NCBI GenBank assembly: GCA_041946805.1
Contig: JBHGBC010000128.1
Coordinates: 1 to 17,326 of the forward strand
DNA: 17,326 nt
DNA from: a bacterium
Lineage (GTDB): Bacteria; Hinthialibacterota; Hinthialibacteria; Hinthialibacterales; Hinthialibacteraceae
Direction: 5' to 3'
Shown here: positions 1 to 7,465 of the stretch, piece by piece
Layout: every line of letters begins with the position of its first letter
How positions within the stretch are numbered: the first letter of the stretch is position 1
Translations under genes and position numbers: made by a program
Notes under the pieces: model-generated
Databases searched by the model: none
What the model saw: only the letters and a program-made list of their open reading frames with translations
Told to the model about the DNA's origin: nothing

Positions 1-562
1 CAACGAAGTCGCCTCGTCCGCTTTCCTCGGCGCTCCGCCGGTTTTGCGTGATCGAGGGGCCCGGACGGGAGACGAAATCCATCCCCGTGCTTGGTTCCCA
101 AGCCCCGGTTTCTTGCCGCCGCAGACCTTTCCCGACCGCGATGAAAATGACCTGGCCCTCGCCGCCGAGGGAAACGCCGTCGCTGCGAATGCTGGTGATG
201 GCATGCCCGGCTACCTGGCCGCCCAGTTCCCGCACGCCGTTGAATTCCGGTTCCGTTCCGGCGAAGAACGCGTACGAGGACGCTTCCGTGATCATCGTGC
301 CGATCAAGGTCAATTGGATAATCCGGGGCGCCGGGGCCTCCTGGACGGGTGGCCCCGCCGGCGGTTTTTGGCGGCCGGCGTTGAAAATGTTCCGCTCCAC
401 GACCGCACGGAAGGAGTCGTAACCGCCCGTGTCCGGGACGGGGGCGGGCGGCGTTTCTTCCGCGAACGCGGCGGCCGCCAGAAACAGGAGCAGACAGCCG
501 GCGCGGGTGGCGCGGCCCAACCGGGTACACAGATCCGCTGTCGTCATATCAATGTGGTTCAT
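1..562 (-). CDS. GspC/PilP-like T2SS accessory protein (3' end beyond left edge; not in ORF track)
   Basis: Manual translation from ATG 562 (GAGGA just upstream) is open to base 1: MNHIDMTTADLCTRLGRATRAGCLLLFLAAAAFAEETPPAP...FRAVVERNIFNAGRQKPP...IQLTLIGTMITEASSYAFFAG...GGQVAGHAITSIRSDGVSL. The hydrophobic N-terminus and RNIF / L.L.GT / AFF / G..I..I....V.L pattern resemble the GspC HR or PilP domain. It follows the gspM-like gene. Confidence 0.7.
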   Translation of the reverse strand, partial: MNHIDMTTADLCTRLGRATRAGCLLLFLAAAAFAEETPPAPVPDTGGYDSFRAVVERNIFNAGRQKPPAGPPVQEAPAPRIIQLTLIGTMITEASSYAFFAGTEPEFNGVRELGGQVAGHAITSIRSDGVSLGGEGQVIFIAVGKGLRRQETGAWEPSTGMDFVSRPGPSITQNRRSAEESGRGDFV

Positions 563-575
563 GGTTCCTCGGATT

Positions 576-1109
576 TCATTGTTCCGGCGTCACCAGCCGC
601 AGACCGCTGAAGTACACGCCTAGAGTGAGCCGTTCGCCCTTGTCGTCGTTGGAGGTGATTTCCAGGCTTTCCAGGCGCACGGCCAGCGGATCCCGCTCCA
701 GTTCGTACAGAAAGCGCGTGATCCCGGCCAGGTGGCCCTGCGCCACCGCCCGGCAGCCGAAGGTCTGGTAATCCTCTTCCTCCTGTTTCCATTGCGGCTT
801 GAAGGTCGTGGGGGTGATCCCGCTTTCCTTCACCCACCGGTCCCAGGATTTCAAGACCTGGTTTTCCGCCAGGGATTTGTCTTGGGGCAGGGAAGTACGC
901 CGTATCGTCTCCCACCGTTGCGTCAGATCCGTTTCCCGGTCCAGGAGCAGCCGGCCCCGGGCCAGATCCTTTTCCAGCGCGGCGATCTTTTCGGACCGTT
1001 CCCGCCACAGGTTCGTCAAGGGGGTGATGACCAGCCGGTCCCCGATCAGGGCGCCGGCGCAAATCATCGCGATCAAGGTCAACAGGCGCTGCCGGGAGGC
1101 GTTATTCAT
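576..1109 (-). CDS. T2SS GspM / PilO-like inner-membrane platform protein
   Basis: 177 aa with one N-terminal TM segment (LLTLIAMICAGALIG), a coiled stretch and a C-terminal motif G.LAGITRFLYELE...VRLESLEI typical of GspM/PilO. Overlaps the gspL-like gene by 8 bp (ATGAATAA). Confidence 0.75.
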   Translation of the reverse strand: MNNASRQRLLTLIAMICAGALIGDRLVITPLTNLWRERSEKIAALEKDLARGRLLLDRETDLTQRWETIRRTSLPQDKSLAENQVLKSWDRWVKESGITPTTFKPQWKQEEEDYQTFGCRAVAQGHLAGITRFLYELERDPLAVRLESLEITSNDDKGERLTLGVYFSGLRLVTPEQ

Positions 1110-2532
1110 GGCCGCCTCCTTCCACCCATTCGAAATGAAACGCGAACTGCAAGGGCGCGTCGCCCTGCACCTGCTGGACCTGGAAATCGGCCACCCGGGG
1201 ATTGGCGCTGAGCCGGTCGTACATCTCCAGCCAATCCGCGTTGCTCTTGGCGAAACCCGCGCAGGACACGGTGGATTGATCTTGGATTTCCAGGATCTTG
1301 GCCCACACCGCGCCCTCTTCGGGAAACGCCTCGGTCAGGGATTTCAGGATTTCGAGGCTTTTCACGGATTCGTCGAACCAGGGCCGGAACTGTTTGACTT
1401 TTTTCTGCAGCACTTCCACCTGCGCGGCCCGGTTCTTGATCCGGTTCCATTCGGATTCCAGGTTCGACAGCCGCAAGTATTGGTAGAGAAAGGCGGATCC
1501 CGCCACGAGCAGCACGGCCGCCGCCGCGCCCGCCAACACCCGGTTGCCCCGCGAGCTGACGCGCTGGGTGATCCGCTTGAAGCGGTCGACCTTGGGGGGC
1601 AGGAATTCGAACTCCGGCGCGCCGCTGGCGAAAATCCGCAGCAAGGTCCCGGCCAGCGGCCAGAAACCCGGCTCGAGGGAGTGCGGCAGGCGGTCCAGAC
1701 CGGCCGCCGCGGCATTCCCGGGAACCACCGGCAGGCCCAATTCCTCCAGGGGGCCGCCGATCCGGCCGAGCAGGGGCGCGGTGCGTTCGCGGGAACCGAA
1801 CACCTGCACGTCCCGGATGGCTCCCCGCCACTCGTCCGGCAGTTGGCCCAGGGTGATCCGGATCTCCCGCACGACCGTATCCGGAATCTCCTCGGCGTCT
1901 TCCGGCGGAAGCGATCCGTCGTATTCCAGGCGGCGCAGCCCGACCACGCCGCCCCCGGCGCGGACCACGATCTCGATGGAGGCATCCCGCACGCTGAGAA
2001 TCATCGTCCCCGCGTCCGGGTGGTTGTCTCCCAGGGAGGCCACGCCGGCCGTGAGGCTGACCGGTTTCAGTTTCGCGGCGCGGAACACCTTTTGCAGGAT
2101 CAGGGTATGGTTCCGGGGGATCGCGGCGAGCGTGGCGCACGTCCGGCGGCTGGGAGTCGAAAACGGCGAGAGGGAGATTGCGAGATCCTCCGCCGCGAAA
2201 GGGAATTCCCGTTCGGCCTGCAAGCGGATGTAGTCTGCCTGGTCGCCGGGCGGGAGATCGGGCAAGTCGATGGTGCGGCTCATGATCCACTGGAGCGGAA
2301 TGCAGATCACACAGCGTTTTTCCCGGATCCCCCACTGGTCCAGCAGGTTGCGGATTTCCTGCCCGGCCAGTTCGGGATCGTGGCAGAGGGGATCGAGCGC
2401 GAGCGCGGCGGTCTTGGTGGCCGGCACGGCGAATCCCTGGCCCGCGCGGACCAGGACGGCCGCGGTCAGCCGCCCCGCGCTCAATTCGATTCCCAACAGG
2501 GACCGGTAGGGATAGGTATTCCTCGATTTCAT
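1102..2532 (-). CDS. T2SS GspL-like protein (PilM-like cytoplasmic domain + TM + PilN-like domain)
   Basis: Start moved to ATG 2532 (ATGA overlap with the gspK stop), giving 476 aa. N-terminal LLGIEL and RTIDLP...QAEREFPF resemble the actin-like PilM/GspL domain. FEFLP precedes one TM segment (VLAGAAAAVLLVAGSAFLY) and a PilN-like periplasmic domain. Confidence 0.75.
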   Translation of the reverse strand: MKSRNTYPYRSLLGIELSAGRLTAAVLVRAGQGFAVPATKTAALALDPLCHDPELAGQEIRNLLDQWGIREKRCVICIPLQWIMSRTIDLPDLPPGDQADYIRLQAEREFPFAAEDLAISLSPFSTPSRRTCATLAAIPRNHTLILQKVFRAAKLKPVSLTAGVASLGDNHPDAGTMILSVRDASIEIVVRAGGGVVGLRRLEYDGSLPPEDAEEIPDTVVREIRITLGQLPDEWRGAIRDVQVFGSRERTAPLLGRIGGPLEELGLPVVPGNAAAAGLDRLPHSLEPGFWPLAGTLLRIFASGAPEFEFLPPKVDRFKRITQRVSSRGNRVLAGAAAAVLLVAGSAFLYQYLRLSNLESEWNRIKNRAAQVEVLQKKVKQFRPWFDESVKSLEILKSLTEAFPEEGAVWAKILEIQDQSTVSCAGFAKSNADWLEMYDRLSANPRVADFQVQQVQGDAPLQFAFHFEWVEGGGHE

Positions 2533-3905
2533 CGGTTTGTCTCTTTCCTGGCTTCCAGCCGCGTTTGAATCTCTTTTCCCAAGGCCCACCCGGACGCGGC
2601 CATATCCTGGCGGTAGCGGATGATCGGCTCCTCGCCGCCCGCGTCGAGGACGAACCGCACGCGCCGGAATCCTTTGCCGTCATGGCCCACGGCGGCAAGG
2701 TCCGCGGTGTACTGGTAGCTGCGCGTGGTCACGTAGGGCCCGGCCTGGATGGCGGCGGCTCCGTCCAGCGCCTGGGCCAGCCAAGCCACTGAATTCAGGT
2801 TCCCGGCGTGCGATTGGCGGTAGGCGGCCACGGCGGCCGCGTTGGCCGTCCCGATGCCCGGCACGCAGGCCAGCACGGCTTCCGGCGCGGTGTTGATGTT
2901 GATCAGCCCGGGCAGGTATTCTTCATCGGAAACGCTGATTTCGCCCGCGATGTCCGCGAACTCGTCCTCCGTCATCCGGCTCTTGATAAAGACCTCCAAC
3001 ACGCTGTTGATCGAGCTCAAATCCGATCCCAGGTTCCGTTGGACCTCGGTGGCCCGCTCCTCGCCCAACTTTTCCTGCAGCAAGGTTTGGAATTCCTGCG
3101 CGTTTTCACTCTTGATGTTGATGCGGGCCGTGCCGTCCGAACGTTTATTCGGTTCGCGGCTGTAGACCGTGACGTATTCGAGCAGGCCGGGATCGAGGCG
3201 GCCGTCCTGGTTGTCTTCCGGCCAGGAGACATGGCCGTCGTTTTCGTTGGGATCCAGCACGCCGTTCAGATTGGCGTCTTCGCCATACAGGATCTCCCAA
3301 TCCGCGCCGGCCACCAGGCGGAGCTCCTCCACCGTTTCAAAATCCGCGTTTTTGCACTCGTACGCGGGCGCGCGCAGCTGGTAGGCCGGCGATTCCGCCC
3401 CATTTTCCGAAACCTCTTCGTCCTCGTCCCGCCAATCGGCGATGGCCGCCGCCAGTTCATCCGTCATCCGGGGGAGGGCTTTCAGCATGTCCGCCGTGGC
3501 GGTGTTGAGATTGAGTTTCGAACACTCGTCGATCAGGCCGTACGCGGGCTGCTGGGTGGTGGTCCGGAGCGTGGTCCGGACGGCGGCGTCTCGGCCCAGG
3601 AACCAGACCAGCGCGTCGCCCACTTCCACGGCCTGGTTGAGATAGTCCGAAGTGTCCGGGACCACGCCGGGATCTTCCCATTCGGTCAACACGGCCAAGG
3701 CGTACCGGGCCGCGCCTTCGATCGCCTGCTCGGCCTGGATTCCGGCCAGGATGTTATCGGCGGCGTGGTATTCCAGCATCATCGACTCTCCGAACAGCAA
3801 CGCCAGGGTCACCAGGCCGGCCGCGGCCCACAGCACGATGACCAGCACGAAGCCCCGCTCCCTTCTCTGTATCTCCACGCCAGACCGCCCGGAATTCCGG
3901 TTCAT
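2529..3905 (-). CDS. gspK: T2SS minor pseudopilin GspK
   Basis: Class III signal RERG/FVLVIVLW lacking E+5, as expected for GspK. Also has DECSKLNLNTA, AIADWRDED, FETVEELRLV and a second INIINTA-type HhH-like motif (ININTAPEAVLACVPGIG). ATGA overlap with gspJ. Confidence 0.9.
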   Translation of the reverse strand: MNRNSGRSGVEIQRRERGFVLVIVLWAAAGLVTLALLFGESMMLEYHAADNILAGIQAEQAIEGAARYALAVLTEWEDPGVVPDTSDYLNQAVEVGDALVWFLGRDAAVRTTLRTTTQQPAYGLIDECSKLNLNTATADMLKALPRMTDELAAAIADWRDEDEEVSENGAESPAYQLRAPAYECKNADFETVEELRLVAGADWEILYGEDANLNGVLDPNENDGHVSWPEDNQDGRLDPGLLEYVTVYSREPNKRSDGTARINIKSENAQEFQTLLQEKLGEERATEVQRNLGSDLSSINSVLEVFIKSRMTEDEFADIAGEISVSDEEYLPGLININTAPEAVLACVPGIGTANAAAVAAYRQSHAGNLNSVAWLAQALDGAAAIQAGPYVTTRSYQYTADLAAVGHDGKGFRRVRFVLDAGGEEPIIRYRQDMAASGWALGKEIQTRLEARKETNR

Positions 3906-4786
3906 GACGGCCGTCCTCCCTGGCTGGGAATCCCACCGCCGCCGGGTATCCCGCCGCCGCCCTGGTTTCCACCCCCTTGATTCCCTCCGCCTTGGTTTGC
4001 TCCGCCTTGATCACCCCCGTCTTGCGGTCCGGTTTCCTCTTCCGTCCCGCTGGCATCCTCCGTCGTGGTCGCGCTTTCGGCCGGGGCCTTCGCGACGACG
4101 GGAACGATCAATTCAAGGGGGATCCACGATGTCCGGTCCCTGGATTCCCGCCTGGAGGACAGGGCGAATTCTTCTTCCTTGTCCGAGGCCGGAGCGTATA
4201 CGATCCGCGCCTGGACGGCCTCGGGCAGGGGGGGATCCTGCGATTCGGAGTCCCAGGAATCCTGCCAGGTTTCGCCGTCATAATACGAGAACTGCAGGGA
4301 CTGCACGCCTTTCAGCAGCACCTTGTATTCCGGCTCCTCGGTGAAGGTCGAAAGCAGGTTGCGCGTGACCGCCCGGACCAGGCACAGTTGATTGGTCGAA
4401 AGCAGAGCCGGAACGCTTTCCAGGGAGTATTCGATTTTCTGCACATCGCCCCAGGGCGCGTCCAGGCGCGCGCGCCCCGTCGAGCTGTAGAAGGTCACGC
4501 GGTCGCGCCGTTGATCGAGACTCCCGTTGGTTTCCCCTTGAAATCCCCCCGCCAGCACGCCGCCGGGTACGACGCAGCCGGCCAGGTCGCGTTTCAGGGT
4601 GGCGAGGGCCTGCTGGACCGGCTGGGCCTTCTGGATGTTCTCCTCGGCCTTTTCCCGCAGCCGCAGCGAGCTGTACAGCAGTCCTTGGACGGCCGCGAGA
4701 ATGATGGCGCACATCATCGTCGAGACGAGGATTTCCAGCAGTGTGAAGCCGCCGCGCCCCGGCGGAAACCGTCGCGTTCCGTTCAT
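3902..4786 (-). CDS. gspJ: T2SS minor pseudopilin GspJ with Gly/Asn/Gln-rich C-terminal tail
   Basis: Start moved to ATG 4786 (ATGA overlap with the gspI stop). G/FTLLEILV prepilin motif, LKRDL, and LLKGVQSLQFSYYDGETWQDSWDS...LPEAV, typical of GspJ. Confidence 0.88.
   Translation of the reverse strand: MNGTRRFPPGRGGFTLLEILVSTMMCAIILAAVQGLLYSSLRLREKAEENIQKAQPVQQALATLKRDLAGCVVPGGVLAGGFQGETNGSLDQRRDRVTFYSSTGRARLDAPWGDVQKIEYSLESVPALLSTNQLCLVRAVTRNLLSTFTEEPEYKVLLKGVQSLQFSYYDGETWQDSWDSESQDPPLPEAVQARIVYAPASDKEEEFALSSRRESRDRTSWIPLELIVPVVAKAPAESATTTEDASGTEEETGPQDGGDQGGANQGGGNQGGGNQGGGGIPGGGGIPSQGGRPS
3925..4020 (-). repeat. Imperfect coding tandem repeats (GGDQ/GGANQ/GGGNQ, then GGGGIP x2) in the gspJ tail
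   Basis: 15-bp and 18-bp degenerate units encoding DGGDQGGANQGGGNQGGGNQGGGGIPGGGGIP. Boundaries approximate. Confidence 0.8.
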
Positions 4787-5244
4787 GAGGCCGTGGATTC
4801 CTCCACCGTCGATTCGTTCACCGTCGATTCCTCCACCAAGGTGTTCAGCCACACGCTGTATTCCTGGTCCTGGACCCAAAAGTACACGGTCACCATGATC
4901 CGCCGCATCGTGTCTTTCGTCCAAGTCTGCGTGGTGACGGTCCAGCGGTAGCCGGGCCATTCCGTTCCGCCGTCACCCTCGCGGGAGCCTGATTGCCATT
5001 GCTGGGTCACCACGCATTGGTTGAGCACGCGCTCCGCCAGCATCACGGCGTTCGCCTTGCGGGCGGCGATGGTTTCCACCTTGTTCGCCAGGGCGATCCC
5101 GTGCAGGCATACCGGGATCACGATCGCCACGAACATCATGGAGGCCAGCACTTCGGCGAACGTGAAGCCCGCCGCGCGCGCCCGCCGGCGGTCACCGGCG
5201 GCCGGGGGTAAGGGTGAAAGCCTGCCGGCTCCGCGCATTGTCAT
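4783..5244 (-). CDS. gspI: T2SS minor pseudopilin GspI
   Basis: G/FTFAEVLASMMFVAIV prepilin motif with E+5, short beta-rich C-terminus (GYRW...MRRIMVTVYF), and position between gspH and gspJ. Start is uncertain (ATG 5238, 5244 or 5268); all overlap the gspH 3' end. Confidence 0.8.
   Translation of the reverse strand: MTMRGAGRLSPLPPAAGDRRRARAAGFTFAEVLASMMFVAIVIPVCLHGIALANKVETIAARKANAVMLAERVLNQCVVTQQWQSGSREGDGGTEWPGYRWTVTTQTWTKDTMRRIMVTVYFWVQDQEYSVWLNTLVEESTVNESTVEESTAS
4796..4840 (-). repeat. Three 15-bp tandem units encoding VEEST-VNEST-VEEST at the gspI C-terminus
   Basis: Plus strand: gattcctccaccgtc / gattcgttcaccgtc / gattcctccaccaag. Confidence 0.85.
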
Positions 5245-5782
5245 ATCCCGCCTGATCGAGAATTTCATACCCGGTCCCCAGTTCGTTCCGGACCACATAG
5301 TATACGGGGTCGCCATTCGTTTTGTCCGTCCGGGAAAACGCCAGGGAGAACACGCTCGTTTCCTGATCCATCGTCCCATCCGGCAGGAACCGCATGACGG
5401 TCCCCCGGGGATTGTTGGCGCGCAGGGGATACGGTTCCAGCCGGATCATTTCGTCATACGCAAAAAACAGTTCCCGGCGCGTGTTGTCTTCATAGCCCGG
5501 CGCGGGATAAAGGCCGTACTGTTTGGCCTGGGTGTCGATCCGGACCTCCATGGGAATCGCGCGGGCGATCGCCTGGTTTTGCCCGTACTGGACCATGGCC
5601 AGGAACCGCCGGGCTTCTTCGATCATCGAACGGCTTTTGAAGAACCGGGCCAACGAGGGGGACGCCACGGCGAAGACCGCCGAGAGGATCGCCATCACCA
5701 GGATCAACTCGATCAGCGTGAAGGCGGATCCCGGATCCCGCTCCTCCTTATTTCTGGGTCTGGCTCCAATTGGTGATGTCAT
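5192..5782 (-). CDS. gspH: T2SS minor pseudopilin GspH (FimT-like)
   Basis: A/FTLIELILVMAIL prepilin motif, then A...AI and MRFLPDG (F.P.G motif of GspH/FimT). The ATG lies within the gspG DDITNW codons (35-bp overlap). Confidence 0.85.
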   Translation of the reverse strand: MTSPIGARPRNKEERDPGSAFTLIELILVMAILSAVFAVASPSLARFFKSRSMIEEARRFLAMVQYGQNQAIARAIPMEVRIDTQAKQYGLYPAPGYEDNTRRELFFAYDEMIRLEPYPLRANNPRGTVMRFLPDGTMDQETSVFSLAFSRTDKTNGDPVYYVVRNELGTGYEILDQAGYDNARSRQAFTLTPGRR

Positions 5783-6200
5783 CTTCGTTTCCCGCCCGCC
5801 CGTCCGGTCCCGGGGAATAGAGATCGTATCCCTTGAGGTTCCGTTTGCCCGGGTATTCGTACACGTATTCGTTGCCCCACGGATCGAGGGGGATGTCTTG
5901 TTTCAAATACGGCCCGCGCCAGTTCTTGGCTTCGCTCGGCTGCTCGACCAGCGCGCGGAGGCCGTTGCTCCCCTTGGGATAGAATCCGTTGTCCACCTCG
6001 AACGCGTCGAGCACGATCTCGAAATTGGCCAGCTGGGCCTGGGCGGCGGTGACCTTGGCCTGTTCCGACCGGCCCGCGAATTTAGGCACCACGATCGCCG
6101 CCAAGGTCGCCAGGATGACGAGCACCAGCAGCATCTCGACCAGGGTGAAGCCGGCGTCCCGGACGGCGCGGCGTTGGGGATGTTCGTGTTTCAGGGGCAT
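5748..6200 (-). CDS. gspG: T2SS major pseudopilin GspG
   Basis: Start moved to ATG 6200 (GGAGG upstream), giving 150 aa. G/FTLVEMLLVLVILATLAAIVVP, DNGFYP, NWRGPYL, DPWGNEY.Y.YPG and YDLYSPGPDG..G.EDDITNW are classic GspG motifs. Confidence 0.96.
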   Translation of the reverse strand: MPLKHEHPQRRAVRDAGFTLVEMLLVLVILATLAAIVVPKFAGRSEQAKVTAAQAQLANFEIVLDAFEVDNGFYPKGSNGLRALVEQPSEAKNWRGPYLKQDIPLDPWGNEYVYEYPGKRNLKGYDLYSPGPDGRAGNEDDITNWSQTQK

Positions 6201-6220
6201 GATGTCTCCTCCGTCCTCGA

Positions 6221-7447
6221 TCACTTGATATAGTCCTGGATGGTGAAGATGGGGATCACCATTCCAATGAAGATGGTTCCGATGAAGCCCGCGATCAGAA
6301 ACAGCATGAGCGGTTCGGCCAGCGCCACCGCGGTTTTCAGGTGCCGGTCCAGATCCTGCTCGGTCACCGCGGCCAGCCGGATCAGTTCCTGGTCCAGGCG
6401 GCCGGTCTCTTCCGACACGGCGATCATTTCCAACACCGAGCCGGCGAACAGTTGGCGGCAATCGGAGAGGCTGGCGGCCAGGCGGCCGCCCTGCTTCACC
6501 TTCTCGATCGATCCCGACACCGTGTCGACCAGCACCTGGTTGTTGATCGATTTCCGCGCGACGTTCAACGAGTGGATCAGGGGGACGCCCGCCGAGAGCA
6601 GCGTGCCCAACATGCGGCAGAAGCGCGCCATGGCGAACTTCGCCGCCAGCGGCCCGAACACGGGCAACTGCAAGATCCATTCGTCCCATTGCCGCTTGCC
6701 CCGCTCGGTCTGTATCCATTTGCCAGCCAGGTAGAGGCCCAGGCCGATTCCCAAACCGGCGATCCAGCCGTACATCCGGACGATTTCGCTCACCGCGACG
6801 ATCAGGCGCGTGATCCACGGCAGCGCGGCGCCGAAGCCCGAGAAGATCGACTGGAAGCGGGGGATGAAGAAGATCAGCAGAAAGATCAGCACCGACACCG
6901 CCAGGACCATCAGGACGGCGGGATAGATCAGCGCGGCGGCGACCTTGGCCCGCAGGTCTTTCTCACGGAGCTGGAAATCGGCGATCTGGCCGAGAACGAT
7001 GTCGAGAAAGCCGCCCGTCTCCCCCGCCTGCACCATGGCCGTGTACACCCGGGGAAAGGTTTCCGGGGATTGCGCCATGGCGTCCGCCAGTGAAATTCCG
7101 TCGATCACCCGGCCGTGGACCGCCTTCCAGAGGTCCCGCGCCGTGGGATTCACGGTTTCCTTGTGGATGATGACCAGGGCCCGGCTCAGGGGCACTCCGG
7201 CCGCCAGCAGGCTGGCCAGCATGCGGGTGAAATTTTCGAGTTCCCGGTGCGAAACCCGCCGGGAGCGCCAGGGCAGGGAAATGCCTTTAGCCTCTCCGGG
7301 GGCGGCGGGATGGACTTCGGCCAGGGAGATGGGGGTTAGGCCGCGCGCCTCGAGGGCGCGGAGCGCGTCCTGCCGGCCCGGCGCCTCGAGGCTGCCGTCC
7401 ACCAAGGCGCCATCGTTCATCAGGACGCGGTATTGAAACATAGCCAT
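6221..7447 (-). CDS. gspF: T2SS inner-membrane platform protein GspF (PilC family)
   Basis: Two T2SSF repeats: FTRMLASLLAAGVPL...AGETGGFLD...AALIYP and RFCRMLGTLLSAGVPL...EETGRLD...LAEP. Three TM segments; 408 aa. Confidence 0.95.
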   Translation of the reverse strand: MAMFQYRVLMNDGALVDGSLEAPGRQDALRALEARGLTPISLAEVHPAAPGEAKGISLPWRSRRVSHRELENFTRMLASLLAAGVPLSRALVIIHKETVNPTARDLWKAVHGRVIDGISLADAMAQSPETFPRVYTAMVQAGETGGFLDIVLGQIADFQLREKDLRAKVAAALIYPAVLMVLAVSVLIFLLIFFIPRFQSIFSGFGAALPWITRLIVAVSEIVRMYGWIAGLGIGLGLYLAGKWIQTERGKRQWDEWILQLPVFGPLAAKFAMARFCRMLGTLLSAGVPLIHSLNVARKSINNQVLVDTVSGSIEKVKQGGRLAASLSDCRQLFAGSVLEMIAVSEETGRLDQELIRLAAVTEQDLDRHLKTAVALAEPLMLFLIAGFIGTIFIGMVIPIFTIQDYIK

Positions 7448-7465
7448 GGCGCTCTTCCTCGTCCC

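Noticed and set aside
799..2568. 589-aa plus-strand ORF and other long antisense or alternate-frame ORFs (e.g. 1106..2698, 2808..3980, 3977..4951, 11311..12024)
   Set aside because: They overlap genes with clear family motifs, have no recognisable motifs of their own, and are expected shadows in high-GC coding DNA.
5205..5235. RSRQAFTL at the GspH C-terminus resembling a second prepilin cleavage motif
   Set aside because: No hydrophobic helix follows in that frame, and gspI has its own intact motif, so a frameshift is not needed. Likely coincidence.
5741..5751. Perfect Shine-Dalgarno (TAAGGAGG, minus strand) at the gspG stop
   Set aside because: No ATG, GTG or TTG lies at a usable distance before the gspH prepilin motif. 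The overlapping ATG at 5782 explains gspH.
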